A DNA stretch of 64,000 bases from Narcine bancroftii. Taxonomy: Eukaryota. Below, in pieces: positions 36,428-48,684 of this stretch. Every line of letters starts with the position of its first letter. Position 1 is the stretch's first letter. Made by a program: the position numbers and the translations under genes. The stretch covers positions 151,900,001 to 151,964,000 of the forward strand of contig NC_091469.1 in the NCBI RefSeq assembly GCF_036971445.1, read 5' to 3'. The notes under the pieces were generated by a model. That model was not told the origin of the DNA and did not search any database. It was given only the letters and a program-made list of their open reading frames with translations.

Positions 36428-37178
36428 TTTAAATGGAGACAAGCTAGGGAATGGGGAGGAGCTAATGGATCTGGGAGTACTTGTTCACCGGTCACTGAAG
36501 ACTAGCATGCAGGTTCAGAAAGCTGTGAAGAAGGCAAATGGCATGTTGGCTTTCATAAAGAGGGGATTGGAGTATAGGAACAGAGACGCCCTTCTGCAGT
36601 TGTGCAGGGCCCTGGTGAGACCCCAGCTGGAGTATTGGGTCCAGTTCTGGTCTCCAATTTTGAGGAAGGACATACAAGCTATAGAGGGTGTGCAGCGCAG
36701 ATTTACAAGGTTAGTTCCAGGGATGGCGGGGTTGACATATGCTGAAAGGCTAGAAAAACTGGACTTGTATCCGATGGAGTTTAGAAGGATGAGGGGGGAC
36801 ATGATTGAGGTATACAAAATCATCAGGGGGATAGACAGGGTGAAGTCTGATTACTTGTTCCCAATGATGGGGGAGACGAGGACTAGAGGGCATAGTTTAA
36901 GAATACAGGGTAGGCCCTTTAGGACGGAGATGAGAAAACATTTTTTGACCCAGAGAAGTGTGAATCTGTGGAATGCTCTGCCACAGAGGGTGGTAGAGGC
37001 AGATTCGCTGATTATGTTCAAAAGAGAGTTAGATAAGACTCTAGTGGGCAAAGGAGTTAAGGGTTATGGGGATAAGGCTGGAAAGGGGTACTGATGGTAG
37101 TGATCAGCCATGATCTGTAAAATGGCGGTGCTGGCTCGACGGGCTGAAGGGCCTACTCCAGCTCCTATTGACTATTAT
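36428..37178 (+). mobile_element. CR1 LINE 3' fragment with open RT C-terminal frame
   Basis: DLGVLVH.SLK.SMQV..AVKKANGMLAFI...LVRPQLEY.VQFWSP...RGDMIEVYKI...; CR1 3'UTR. Confidence 0.93.
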
Positions 37179-37809
37179 AACCCCAGCTGCGCTCCTTACT
37201 TGTAATTTTGTAGATCAGGCTGAATCACGAGAATGATTCTCTCCAGATGCTACTGAGCATCCTCTCCCCTCCCACCCATCATCAGCCTTGTTCAGCATTT
37301 GATTCCGGCAACATACTGCGTAATATGAACTTCCATGTTCCGAAACTCCTAATATTTTAACCATTCCAATTTAGGATTACATTCACCACTCCAAGCTATT
37401 AATCCAGATTTTATTTTAAAAAATGCTCCTATTCCAAGCTTCTAAAATGAAAGAAAATGTCCTCAGCACAAACCCTTCATCAAAACAAAATGTGCAATAA
37501 CCAACAATAATAGGGGCATGGATTGGTCAACCAAGCAGGGTGAAGGGTGACAGACAGAAGGGGAAGTAGAGATGGAACAAGAGAAAAGGGGAGTCAGATG
37601 GAGAAAGATGAGTAACAGAGGGTGAAGCTGAATAGAGGTGATGGAAGGTGACACAAAGGCATGTGCCCTGATAAAGGAGAATGAAAGAGAATACTTTTTA
37701 AATTATAGAATGATAACGCATGCTAAAAGCAACCAAGGGACTAATTTTACACACAAGAGAAATGAACTCAATATTTGATGGAAGCAAAAGGCAGCAACTT
37801 TATTCATAC

Positions 37810-37955
37810 CTCCAATGACAATACCACGAAACTGGCAATCTCAGCCTCATTGTCAGCAGGAATCTGGAGAGAGGGAAGCAGCTTGGGAAGAGACAGAAGG
37901 TACTGGGCCAATGCATTGCACAGACTAATAACGGAATGATAGAACAGCACATCTC
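37810..37955 (-). CDS. HTT: Huntingtin coding exon ~49 (146 nt)
   Basis: (G)DVLFYHSVISLCNALAQYLLSLPKLLPSLQIPADNEAEIASFVVLSLE; acceptor ttgttttgcag|, donor |gtatga. Confidence 0.95.
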
Positions 37956-38610
37956 CTGCAAAACAAAACAAATTTAATAAATGTACAACTAAATGATTGA
38001 TATCCCATCTGTAAAAAATCTTCCAGAAAGATAGTAGAATCCAAGAACAAAAAGAATATTGACACGCTCCTTATTATTCCACTCATCTCCTAGTCTACTG
38101 TATGATTCTCCCACTCCTGCTTTACCCTCCACCTGTTGCCCTCAATATCTTTATTGCTCTGAATATACTAAAAAAGGTCTGTAGCCACATCTTTCTGGGG
38201 CAGACAATTCCAAAGGTTCACAACCATCAGCAGAAATTCCTCTTCATTTCAATTGGCAAATCCCTTATTTCAAGGGTATGACTCCCGGTTCAAGACCATT
38301 TAAACAAGAGGGAAGATCCTCACCCTCTCCCTGATCAATTGCAGAAATTTTAAATTGGGAACTTCTCATTCTTCTGAGCTTCAGAGAATATTGACCCAAT
38401 TTTTGTGCATAGATAATTCCTTGCTCACTGGAATTCTGGTGGCCAGAAATCTGTTTTACCATGACACAACTGAAACTACAGTTGAAATGGACAATAAAAG
38501 TGCTTCAGGATGTCCAACGGTCAAGAATGTAAGTTTATTTCTTTTTGTGCCTTTACCTATTTTTCTGTCTAGCTTTTTGTTGCTGATATTTGTTCCAGTA
38601 GACCTCTTAC

Positions 38611-38824
38611 CGTAAGGCTCACCAAGCTTGTTCCAATAGGAAGAATTAGGTAAAGGACACTGGCTTTGGAAAACTTGATGGTTGCTGGGAAGATGCTGGA
38701 CATGGAATGCCACGCGATCCATCGTAACTTTCCGAGCAGTTTCAAAGAGCACGCTGGCCTGGTCTGCACAGATTCTTTGCAAACCCAAGGCCAAACAAGG
38801 TGCTAGAAGGTCCAAGTTGAAATC
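38611..38824 (-). CDS. HTT: Huntingtin coding exon ~48 (214 nt)
   Basis: DFNLDLLAPCLALGLQRIC...LFETARKVTMDRV...HQVFQ...YWNKLGEPY; acceptor gtgttctag|, donor |gtaaga. Confidence 0.96.
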
Positions 38825-38839
38825 CTAGAACACCATGGA

Positions 38840-39365
38840 GAACAGAGTTAGAATTTATTGTCATAAACATGTCACAAAATTTGTTTTCCAGCAGTGCAAA
38901 TATTGCTAATTTCCATTTCAAAATAAATAAACAGCGCAAAAAAAAATAGTAGAAAGTGAAGGAGTGTCCAAGGTTCACTGTTCATTCGGAAATCTAATGG
39001 CAGCAGGGAAGAAACTGATTTTTTTGCCACTGGGTCCTCATCTTCAGGCTCCTTTTCACACTGTTTCCCTGATGGTAGCAGTGTGAAGAGGGCATGGCCT
39101 GGCCTGGCCCCTTCTTAAGACACTACCTCTTGTATAGGTCCTTGAATGCCATAATGACACTCTGCAGTCTTTTCCCATCCTGTGCATAGGCACCTCCATA
39201 CCAGTCAGAATGCTCTCCAGGGTACATCTGCAGAAACTTGAGAGTCTTTGGTGATGGACCAAATCCCTCAAACTCCTCACAAAGTATCGTGGTGAGCCTA
39301 CTTCGTGATTGCATTGACATGGAAGCCCCAGGACAGGTCCTCAGAGATGTTCAAACTCAGGAATT
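38840..39365 (-). mobile_element. Rex1/Babar LINE 3' fragment, sense to HTT, ending just before the exon 48 acceptor
   Basis: Reverse strand ...FGPSPKTLKF...ESILT.W...; tail CATGTTTATGACAATAAATTCTAACTCTG. Confidence 0.8.
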
Positions 39366-39904
39366 TGAACAGCCCTATGTTCAAAGATAGAATCACAAAG
39401 TCTACAGGAGACATTTCTCTGCCGCCATTTAACTTTTTTCAGCTAGTACTTTTAAAAGATGTACCAATTTATCTGCAAATGAAAGAAATACGTAGTCTGC
39501 TTCCATGAAGAAAACAGGGTTGAAGTAGAATGGGCTCAAGACTCCAATAACCTATGGAAATTTGCAATGCATAGAGCATCTTTACCTTGCCACAAGTTGG
39601 TGGCTGCTCTATGCATTATCAACCATTAAATCCACTATTTGGATGGAACATCTAGGCCACATCTTCCCGAGTGACTGTAATAAATCTGGGCAATTTATTA
39701 ATGGCTGTCTCTTATGACACCCTTAAGAAATCTTTCTACTTTGGACAAGCTACCGGGACTCCTCCTAAATCTCTGCACCTTGATACTTGGGCCAATTCCT
39801 CTTTCTACCTTCCGGGGCAACTGTGAATGTTATTTGCTACAGTGAGTGGCACGAAAGCCACAATCTATTGCATTCAACTAAAACACAGTTCCCATGGTAT
39901 ATGG

Positions 39905-40850
39905 TAAAAATACACCAAAGTGCTGGAGGAACTCAGCCGGTCTTTCAGCGTTCATTGGAGATAAAGACATATTGCCACCATTTCGGGCCTGAGCCCATCT
40001 TCAAGAAATAAGCAAAAAAACAGCTAATCTCAGAATAGAGATAGAGCCATGTGGGGTGGGAGGGGAGTCCAGACTAACGAAAGTGTTCATTGGATATGAT
40101 GAGGGAAGTGGTGAGAATTGATATTGTCTGTGTGAAATTAAACAAAGCTGGGGGAAGGCCATGGAGGGGGGGGGTGAGAAATAAAGAGTCGGGGAGGGGG
40201 GATTCAACGAAAGTCAGAGAAGTCGGTTAATGCCATGAAGTTGGAGGGTGCCCAGACAGGAGATGTGTTGTTGTTACTTCAATCTGCCTTCCCTCAGCTC
40301 TGTCTCCCTTCCTTTTCCCACTGTCTCCTTTCACACTGACAAAATCAATTTTCACCTCTCCCTTATTATATCCTATTAACACCTTTTGTTGGTCTGGACT
40401 CCTTCCCCAGCCAGCACTCGTCTCTGTTCTGAGATTTCATGTCTTTTGTTTATTCTTTGCTTATTCCTTGAAGAAGGACTCAGGCCTGAAACCTCAGCAA
40501 TATATCTTTATCTCCTCTGGCGCCGCAAAACCAGCTGAGCTCCTCAGCATTTTTAAATTAAAATTTTTAATTTAGACATTTTGGCCCATGAGTCCGTGCC
40601 ACCCAATTTACACCAAATTAACCTACACCCCAGTACACTTTGAAGGGTGGGAGGAAACCAGAGCCCCCGGGAAAACCCACGCAGACACAGGGAGAACATA
40701 CAAACTTTTTACAGACAGCACAGGATTTGAACCCCGGTCCCAATAGCTGGCATTATAAAGGCATTGCACTAACCCCTACACCAGCCGTGCTGCCCCTGGA
40801 TGATTTTACTACAATCACAGCACTTGTAGACTTTCAAGTTCTACCCATGG
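39905..40850. mobile_element. Penelope-like element ends in inverted arrangement (SINE inserted in the right arm)
   Basis: 39905-40286 is the reverse complement of the pseudo-LTR seen on the plus strand at 40287-40552 and 40800-40850 (TTTCGGGCCTGAGCCCATCTTCAAG vs CTTGAAGAAGGACTCAGGCCTGAAA). Confidence 0.8.
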
Positions 40851-40896
40851 TTTGATTAAGGAATACCATTTCTATGCCACCTCCAATAACCAGTAC

Positions 40897-41019
40897 CTTG
40901 GCTGTCATGACTAAGTGGAGGTCCTCTTCAGGAAGCTTATCAAGTAATTCAGTGCACTCCATCAAAGCTGCATTCGAGTGGTTGCAGCACTGGAATTTAG
41001 TAAGTGATACATACCAATC
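40897..41019 (-). CDS. HTT: Huntingtin coding exon ~47 (123 nt)
   Basis: DWYVSLTKFQCCNHSNAALMECTELLDKLPEEDLHLVMTAK; acceptor ttttgttag|, donor |gtactg. Confidence 0.95.
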
Positions 41020-42856
41020 CTAACAAAACAAGACAATATACAGATTATTTCATATCACATAACTTTTAAAGATTATTCCAACTATCCCATTTCTCCCAAC
41101 TTACGATCTGATTAACTTCAGAGTTACTGTAATGTTTTTAAGCCAGTAAAAGTCTGATAGGGACTTGGTAGTACAGTAAAATCCCTATTATCTAGAATTC
41201 AAGCCACCGGCAAAAATTTTTTTTTGGAAGAAATAAATATTAGATACATTTAAAAAATTAAATAAAACTGGAATAAAATTGTAAATATTCTCTGAAGTAA
41301 CACGTAAACCTTTGGTGAAGATGGGAGCAAATATTCAGCCAGTGGGGGCCTTGGTTGGGCTTTGGTCAGAGCAGCTGTTTGAATCAATGGCATTGTAAGG
41401 GCAAGTCTCAAGTAACCAGAAAATTCACAAAGCTGGCACACACCAACTCGCATAGGTGTCAGATACCGGGGGTTTTAATGTATATGAAATTCTGAAGTGC
41501 ACAGACAAGGTTGGTCGCTGGAGGCCATAGGTTTCAAGTAAATTAAAAAAGGTTCAGAGAAGATTGGAGATTTTTTTTTACACCAGTGGTGGCAATCCAG
41601 AACAGATGTGTGGTGGAGACAGGTCTCCTAACAAATTTTTGACAATATTGTCAAGGAAAAAAGTTATGGACCAAAGCCTTGAAGTGGGATGAGAACAGAT
41701 GGGTATGTGATGTTGCATAGAAATCATGGTTTGAAGGTTATGTTTCTGGACTGAGTGACTCTAGGACTCAAAAAGTCTGATAATTGGTTCTTTTTTATTT
41801 TTCACACTATAAACCATACTGACCAAAATACATAGACATTTTTCTCTTGAATATATACAATGTCATTTTCTCCCCTTTTCCCCTCTCCCTTCCTTTTCCA
41901 TTTATTCAAAGTTAAGCCCGTAAAACAATGTCGTGAGATTACTTATCTTCTACCTTCTCCCCATAAGGACACGAGACTAGTGCTCTCCCTTTTACTGAAT
42001 TGGGAAGGGGACCAAATCACTGTTAGCTGTTCAAGGCGATTTTAAATCAGAATGCACACTCCATGAAGATTGGCAACTCTGTGACAACCTGTTGATGTCT
42101 GGTTGCTGAGATTTGCAGCCAATATTAGTGGCCCAGGAGATTTCTCGGAATACCGTGCACAGTAGACCCCGTTTTAGTCAATGGAGGAATTCGTTTTGAA
42201 CAGGATACCAGAAATGCCAGCAAATAAACTGTCAAGCATTTTCAGGTTAAGACCAAACGGGAGAAGAACAATATTTTCAGGTGCCTGCCATAGATTGAAA
42301 TTGTTGCCCAAAGACAATAGGAGCTAGCTGTTAACAAAGTGGAAATCCATTCAGCTATCAACTTTCTGCTGGCTTACGGACAGAGGGATTCAATAAACAA
42401 TTCTGCAAATACTGCACCGCCTTTATGTTTGCACGTGCTCATCCTCGAGTATTTACCCAATTTGTCCTTCAAAAGATATCATTCGCTTTTTCAGGCCTTC
42501 CCTGGAACAAAACTTTTCATGAACTTTTTGAAATAAAGAAATTCCACCCAAGTTAATATTTCCTGTAATCTTAAATTAGTAACCCTCCAAACACCGACCC
42601 TTCACATTGGATCAAAGTCTTTCATTATATTTAAACTTCAACCTCAACCTCAACATGAAAATTGGCCACAGCAATTTGAGTTTTTAACATTAATTACTTT
42701 AAAAATTACATTATTTAAGTTGCAGTCTCCTTTTGAGTTTTTGAAACACTGCTTGCTCAAGGTTAAATTGCTGGCGTTAAACAGAAACTTGTCCAGCCTG
42801 ACACCACAAATGATCAGGCCATTTGAAAGACAGCTTCGTCAGCCCAGGTATCTCAC

Positions 42857-42995
42857 CTTGTCCACAACGATCGATTCCATGGCAGACAGCTTGTGCCCAT
42901 CCAGTGGGTGAGAGGTCACATTAGGAGGCGGACTGACCGTGTCTGCTGCAACCGTTGCCCGGAACCGATCCAGCAGTGAATAGAGTCTTTGGTGT
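42857..42995 (-). CDS. HTT: Huntingtin coding exon ~46 (139 nt)
   Basis: HQRLYSLLDRFRATVAADTVSPPPNVTSHPLDGHKLSAMESIVVDK; acceptor tctctcag|, donor |gtgaga. Confidence 0.96.
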
Positions 42996-43081
42996 CTGAG
43001 AGATCATGGAAATAAATCATGGGTTACGATGAATATAGAGGGACATGTCAAGACTAGATATCTGATCAAATGGTACATGTG

Positions 43082-43913
43082 GAGCCAATGCTTCCCCATC
43101 CGGGAGCGATGCAGCAAGAACGTCACCCACCTCAGGAGTGACGCAGTAGCAACACCACATGGCCTGGAAGTTATGAGGTAACAACATTGCCCGGCCCAGG
43201 AGAAATGCAGCCGCAATGCCACCTGGTCTTGGAGATATCGAACCACAATGCTGCCTGGTCCAGGAGTTACACAGTAACAACATTGCCCGGCCCAGGAGAA
43301 ATGCAGCCGCAATGCCACCTGGTCTTGGAGATATAGAACCACAATGCTGCCTGGTCCAGGAGTTACACAGTAACAACATTGCCCGGCCCAGGAGAAATGC
43401 AGCCGCAATGCCACCTGGTCTTGGAGATATAGAACCACAATGCTGCCTGGTCCAGGAGTTACACAGTAACAACATTGCCCGGCCCAGGAGAAATGCAGCC
43501 GCAATGCCACCTGGTCTTGGAGATATAGAACCACAATGCTGCCTGGTCCAGGAGTTACACAGTAACAACACTGCCCGGCCCAGGAGAAATGCAGCCGCAA
43601 TGCCACCTGGTCTTGGAGATATAGAACCACAATGCTGCCTGGTCCAGGAGTTACACAGTAACAACATTGCCCGGCCCAGGAGAAATGCAGCCGCAATGCC
43701 ACCTGGTCTTGGAGATATAGAACCACAATGCTGCCTGGTCCAGGAGTTACACAGTAACAACACTGCCCGGCCCAGGAGAAATGCAGCCGCAATGCCACCT
43801 GGTCTTGGAGATATAGAACCACAATGCTGCCTGGTCCAGGAGTTACACAGTAACAACACTGCCCGGCCCAGAAGCGACGCAGCCATAATGCTGCCAGCCC
43901 TGGGAGTGACGGT
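43082..43913. repeat. Intronic minisatellite: 26 x 32-bp monomers; core of 7+ near-identical 96-bp trimers (43178-43870)
   Basis: 96-mer GTAACAACATTGCCCGGCCCAGGAGAAATGCA/GCCGCAATGCCACCTGGTCTTGGAGATATAGA/ACCACAATGCTGCCTGGTCCAGGAGTTACACA starts at 43178, 43274 ... 43850, with diverged 32-mers on both flanks. Confidence 0.97.
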
Positions 43914-44068
43914 CCAAAGACCTTCATCCCACTCTGTGAATATCCCAAAGTTCAGACGTAACAGTTCAATTTTGTTTCTTCAGCCAGCCGAATCACAAAG
44001 GCCAAGGGTGGTCCCGCCCTTGCTTTCCATCAATATCCCAACAGAAATGGCCTGGACAGATTTACTAC

Positions 44069-44145
44069 CTTTGTGCCAGGCACGTGGTCTGCAGATACCG
44101 CTGAATCCTTTCCAGCTCTTCACGTGGCACTTGGGCAACACTATT
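44069..44145 (-). CDS. HTT: Huntingtin coding exon ~45 (77 nt)
   Basis: NSVAQVPREELERIQRYLQTTCLAQR (human [26 protein letters not shown]); acceptor ctctctccag|, donor |gtagta. Missed by the ORF track. Confidence 0.95.
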
Positions 44146-45524
44146 CTGGAGAGAGACCAGAAGCGTTAATAAGAAAATTGAGACCACAAAACACAAAGTG
44201 CTCGAGTGGCTTTAACGAGCCAAACCATGTAATGAACCTTTGGTGTGTGAAGTTTGAGAAGGGCGGTGTGGTCCATGGGGAAGTATGGAAGGGAGCATGG
44301 AGGTACCGGAGTAGACACTGTCCTGGTGAAACAGTCTGCACCCAAGATCCCATTTCACTTTGGCCACATTTTGTGCTTTCCTCTCTAATAGGTCACACTG
44401 TCTGCATGTTGCAAATTAACTTCATTGTGTCTCCAAATTCTAATGCAAATCTGAGATCTTGTCACATTATCTGGTGTTTAAACGAATGGGCAACATCAAA
44501 AATTTAAGTTCAACCACTCAGGTGCTGTTAGTGTGGTCCTTAATCCACTCAAAACTACTGAACTCCACCCCTCCCCCAGGCCAATCAAATTCTTCCACGT
44601 GCTTGGCACCTACAGACTGTCCTGAAGTCTGCCTGTCAATCTCCTGTCATCCACCCTCTGTTATTTTTTAGCTTATTCAAAACTGCTACTTCTACCAAGT
44701 CCTGAGCACCCATTTGCCACAAGTTCACCTCCACAGGTGCTGCCTGGCCAGCTGGGGATTTCCAGCATTTGTTCTTTTTATTCCACATTTCCAGGATCTG
44801 ATGATTTTTCTTTTCACTGATTGCATAATATAACAGCTCAAATACTGACACTAAATGGAATTTGCGTCACCTGTCTTAACATTTCCCGAGTCAAACCAAA
44901 AAGTCTGCATACTCTGTGATTGAAGTGCAATACACAAATGTGTTGGATAACTCAGGCAAAACAGCATCTCTAGGCAACACTGCATGACCTGTTGAGTTTC
45001 TCCAGCACTTTAGTGTATCGCTTAAGCAGCCAATCTCAACCTTTATTTTCGGCTATGGCCCCACCCCTCCTCGGACTCTACTCAAAGTTTATGGGCCCCT
45101 TTCCCTGCAAAGAAGTCAAGCTTAGTTGGTTTCCTCTGTACTTCTCTACCGACTACATGAAAAACATTTCAGACCGTGGTCCCCCTCCAAAATGTGCTGG
45201 AGCCTCCAGAGGGATTGTGTGGCCCCATTTAGAATGGTTGGAAGCCTTAACGTTTCCCCAGGCTCCTTTTGCTTGAGAATACTCCGGTGAAAATTACTAC
45301 AGGAACGAAAGGCAACTTTGTAAACCACACAGTCAACATCGGGCAAGAATTCTGCACTCAGCTGCCTATTGCAAAGCCAGAGGTGCCAGAAGGATCAAGT
45401 TGTGCTTTTGTTTATGACATGCAGGAGTTAACCAGTGAGAGCATTGAGAAATTACATCACTGCGTCCAGTTAAAAGTACAGGACTCACAATCTAAATGAA
45501 GTTGCCAGCCTCCTTTTTCTTTAC

Positions 45525-45701
45525 CTGCAAGCTTTCAGCCAAAAGCATCTCAACTCGCCGGCAAGCTAGTGTGTCCACCATCCGAGCCAGCACTCGGAAA
45601 GGAGTGCTGATGAGCTTGTCGACGTACAGCATCAAGACTGCACCTGACTGGCTGAGATGGATTCCCTCCAAGCACTGTAGTGTTTTCTTCAACGTGGTGG
45701 G
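45525..45701 (-). CDS. HTT: Huntingtin coding exon ~44 (177 nt)
   Basis: [59 protein letters not shown]; acceptor ctcttccag|, donor |gtaaag. Confidence 0.98.
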
Positions 45702-46194
45702 CTGGAAGAGAAAGAGAGAAATGGATATGGGTGCACAGGTTGGCATGGACACAGCCAGTGACTACAAAAGTACTTCACTAGTTAAGTGGGGGTTTGGGGC
45801 ATCCTGAGGTTGTGAAAGGTGGTGTATGAAAGGAAACATTTGCTCCTCCAATCTGGGATGACACAATGGACAGCTCACAGAACTGCTGCCTCACAGCTCC
45901 GGTGGTCTGGGTTCAATCCTGACCTCCAGCGCTGTCTGTGTAAGGTTTGAACATTCTCTGTAACTGTGTGTGCTTCCCCCCAAATGCTCTGGTTTCCTCC
46001 CATAGCCCAAAGATGTGCTGCGGCTCAGTTAATTGCTTGCTGTAAATTGCCACCACGTCAATCATAAAATACTCCGACATTACAAATAGAACTCTCTGCA
46101 CCATTGCAACACCGTTTTTTATTGCACCCTGGTAAGTGTGAACATTATCCATCTTCTGCATTTATTTTTATAATATATAACTATTGTAGTTATT

Positions 46195-48172
46195 TCAGAA
46201 TCAGAATTAATGGTCGTGATCATGTTTCGCAAAATTCATTGGTTTGCGGCAGCATTACTGAAGCAAAAATTGGTATAAATCACATTTTTTTAAAATACAT
46301 TTGTGCCAAAGAAGAGGAGAAAGTGAGGCCGTATCTGGGGTTCATTGTCCATTCAGAGATCCGATGGCGGAGGGGAAGAAGCTGGTTTTGCACCATTGGG
46401 TGTTCAGGTTCCTGGACCTCCTTCCTGTTGATAGCAGTGTGAAGAGGGCCTGAGATGTGAGGGTCCCTGATGATAGAGGCTGCTTTCTTGAGACACTGCC
46501 TCTTATAGATGTCTTTAATGGAATGAAGACAAATGTCCACGAAGGCGGTGGCTGAGTTCAATACTCTCCGTCATCTTTTTATGTAGATACCAATGATCCA
46601 ACCAGTCAGAAAGCTCTCCAGTAAAAACTTGCAAAAGTCTTTAGTGACATACCAAATCTCCTCATGAAGTGTAGCCGCTGGCAAGCCTTCTTCAATATTG
46701 CATCAACATAAAGCCCCCATGAGAGATCTTCAGTGATGTTGACACCCAAGAACTTTACCCTTTACACTGATGAACTCTTGATGAGGACTGGTTTGTGTTT
46801 TCCTGGTTTCCCTTCCTGAAGTCCACAATCAGTTCCTTAGTTTTTCTCATATTGAGTGCAAGGTTGTTGTTGAGACACCACTCAATGAGCTGATCTATCT
46901 CCCTCCTGTATGCTTCCTCATTCCCATCTGTGATACCGCCAATGGTTGTGGTGCCATTGGCAAATTTGTAGATGCTATTTGAATTGTGCCTGGCCACCCA
47001 GTCATGGGTGTAGAGGGAGTAAAGCAGTGGGCTAACACTCATCCTTTAGGCATGCCTGTGTTGATTGTCAGTGAGGAGGAGACGTTGTTACAGATTCACA
47101 CTGATTGTGGTCTTCTGATGAGAAGTCAAGGATCCGGTTGCAGAGGCCCAGGTTTTGGAGTTTGCTGACCTCTAATGCGGGGATGATGGTGTTGAAAGCT
47201 GAGCTGTAATTAATAAAAAGCAGCCTGATGTACATGTTGCTGTGGTCAAGATGATCCAGAGCTGAGTGGAGAATCAGTGAGATTGCATCTGCTGTGTACC
47301 GATTATGGCAGTGAGCCAATTGTAGTGAGTCCTGGTCTTTTTTAAAATATTTTATTTATTAGAAAACAAAGTAATAACCATAATTACAGAATTAAAGCAA
47401 TTTACATGGTTTCTAGAAAAAAAACTACAGAATCTAAAATAAAAAAATCTACAACCTAACCCTGCCCCAACCTAAATCTACTCCCCTATTTCCCATAAAA
47501 GAGATAAGAACAACTTCAGTCATTGATTTAATATTCAATGTAGAGATCCAGCCGCACACAACCAGTTTCAGATTTTCAAATTACAATAATCCAAATTTGG
47601 GCTCCAAACCATTTAAAATCTATAATATTGATCTCTTAAATTATGTTATCTTCTCCATTGGTATACATGACCTCATTTCTGAATGGCACCTTTGTAAGCT
47701 AAGCTTCATCTGATCTTTCCATGAAACAGCTCAACATGTCCTTGCTACTGCTAAAGCCAATCTCAAAAATGCCATTTGAAATTTATCTACTTTATGTAAT
47801 AAAGCCATTTCAGTAAGGTCCCCAATTTAAAAAAATCTTTGGGTCGAGAGAGTGAGTCCTGGTCTTTACTTAGGTACAAGTTAATTCTGGCCATGACCGA
47901 CCTCTCAAATTCATCCAAGTACATGTGAGTGGTACTGGGCGATAGTCATCGAGGCAACTCATTCCGTTCTTCTTGGACACCATGATGATTGATGCCCTTT
48001 TGAAGCAGGTGGGAACTTGTGTAATAAGAGATTCAAAATGTCCGTGAACACTCCAGCAAGTTGATTGGCACAGATTTTCAGTACGCTGCCAGGTACGCCA
48101 TCACAGCCTGACAGTTTGCGAGGGTTTAGCCTCTTGAAGGATGTTCTGACATTGGCCTCAAAGACAGATATC
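46195..48172 (-). mobile_element. Rex1/Babar LINE RT plus 3' end, degraded, interrupted by L1
   Basis: TADAISL.LHSALDHLD...RLLFINYSSAFNTIIP, SPLLYSLYTHD, KFA..TT..G.I, KTKELIVDFRK; (ATTCTG)n-like tail at ~46195. Confidence 0.9.
47341..47850 (-). mobile_element. L1 3' fragment with 17-bp TSD
   Basis: TSD AGTGAGTCCTGGTCTTT at 47324-47340 and 47851-47867; T-rich (poly-A on minus) end; ORF2 C-terminus remnant similar to 15780-15980. Confidence 0.85.
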
Positions 48173-48684
48173 TTGTTTTTTTTTATCTACTAAGTATTGT
48201 TTTCCTACAACAAGTATTTCAGTGTTATTACACTGTATCATTTATAAAACAGGTGAGTGATAGAATATGGGAAGAATAAAAATGCGATTAAAGTAGAAAT
48301 TATGTTGACTGGGTTAGCTGATGAACCCATTTCTGAGCCGAGATTCCAGAAAGTTTAAACAGAATTTATATTTTTTTTAAATTTAGACGTACAGCATGGT
48401 AACAGGTCATTTCAGCCCACAAGCCCGTGCCAGTCAATTACCCCAATTGAAATACAACCCCTGGTACATTTTGAAGGGTGAGAGGAAACCAAGCTCCTGG
48501 AGAAAACCCACGAAATCACAGGGAAAACATACAAATTCCTTACAGACAGCATGGGATTCGATCCCTAGTCCAGATCGCTGGCACTGCAACAGCATTGCAC
48601 TTGAAGACAGTTTTGTTCCAAACTTATCAAATTCATGAGTGGTCCTTTCATTGGTAAGAGATGCTTAACTGTATTTTTGGGCCA

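Noticed and set aside
43082-43913. CRISPR-like array (32-bp periodicity)
   Set aside because: No unique spacers, no cas genes, and a vertebrate intron context; it is a minisatellite.
43004-44169. Long ORFs of 314, 289 and 317 aa with 32-aa repeats
   Set aside because: Artefacts of the 96-bp tandem repeat. They are open on both strands, intronic and have no domain signature; one overlaps HTT exon 45 antisense.
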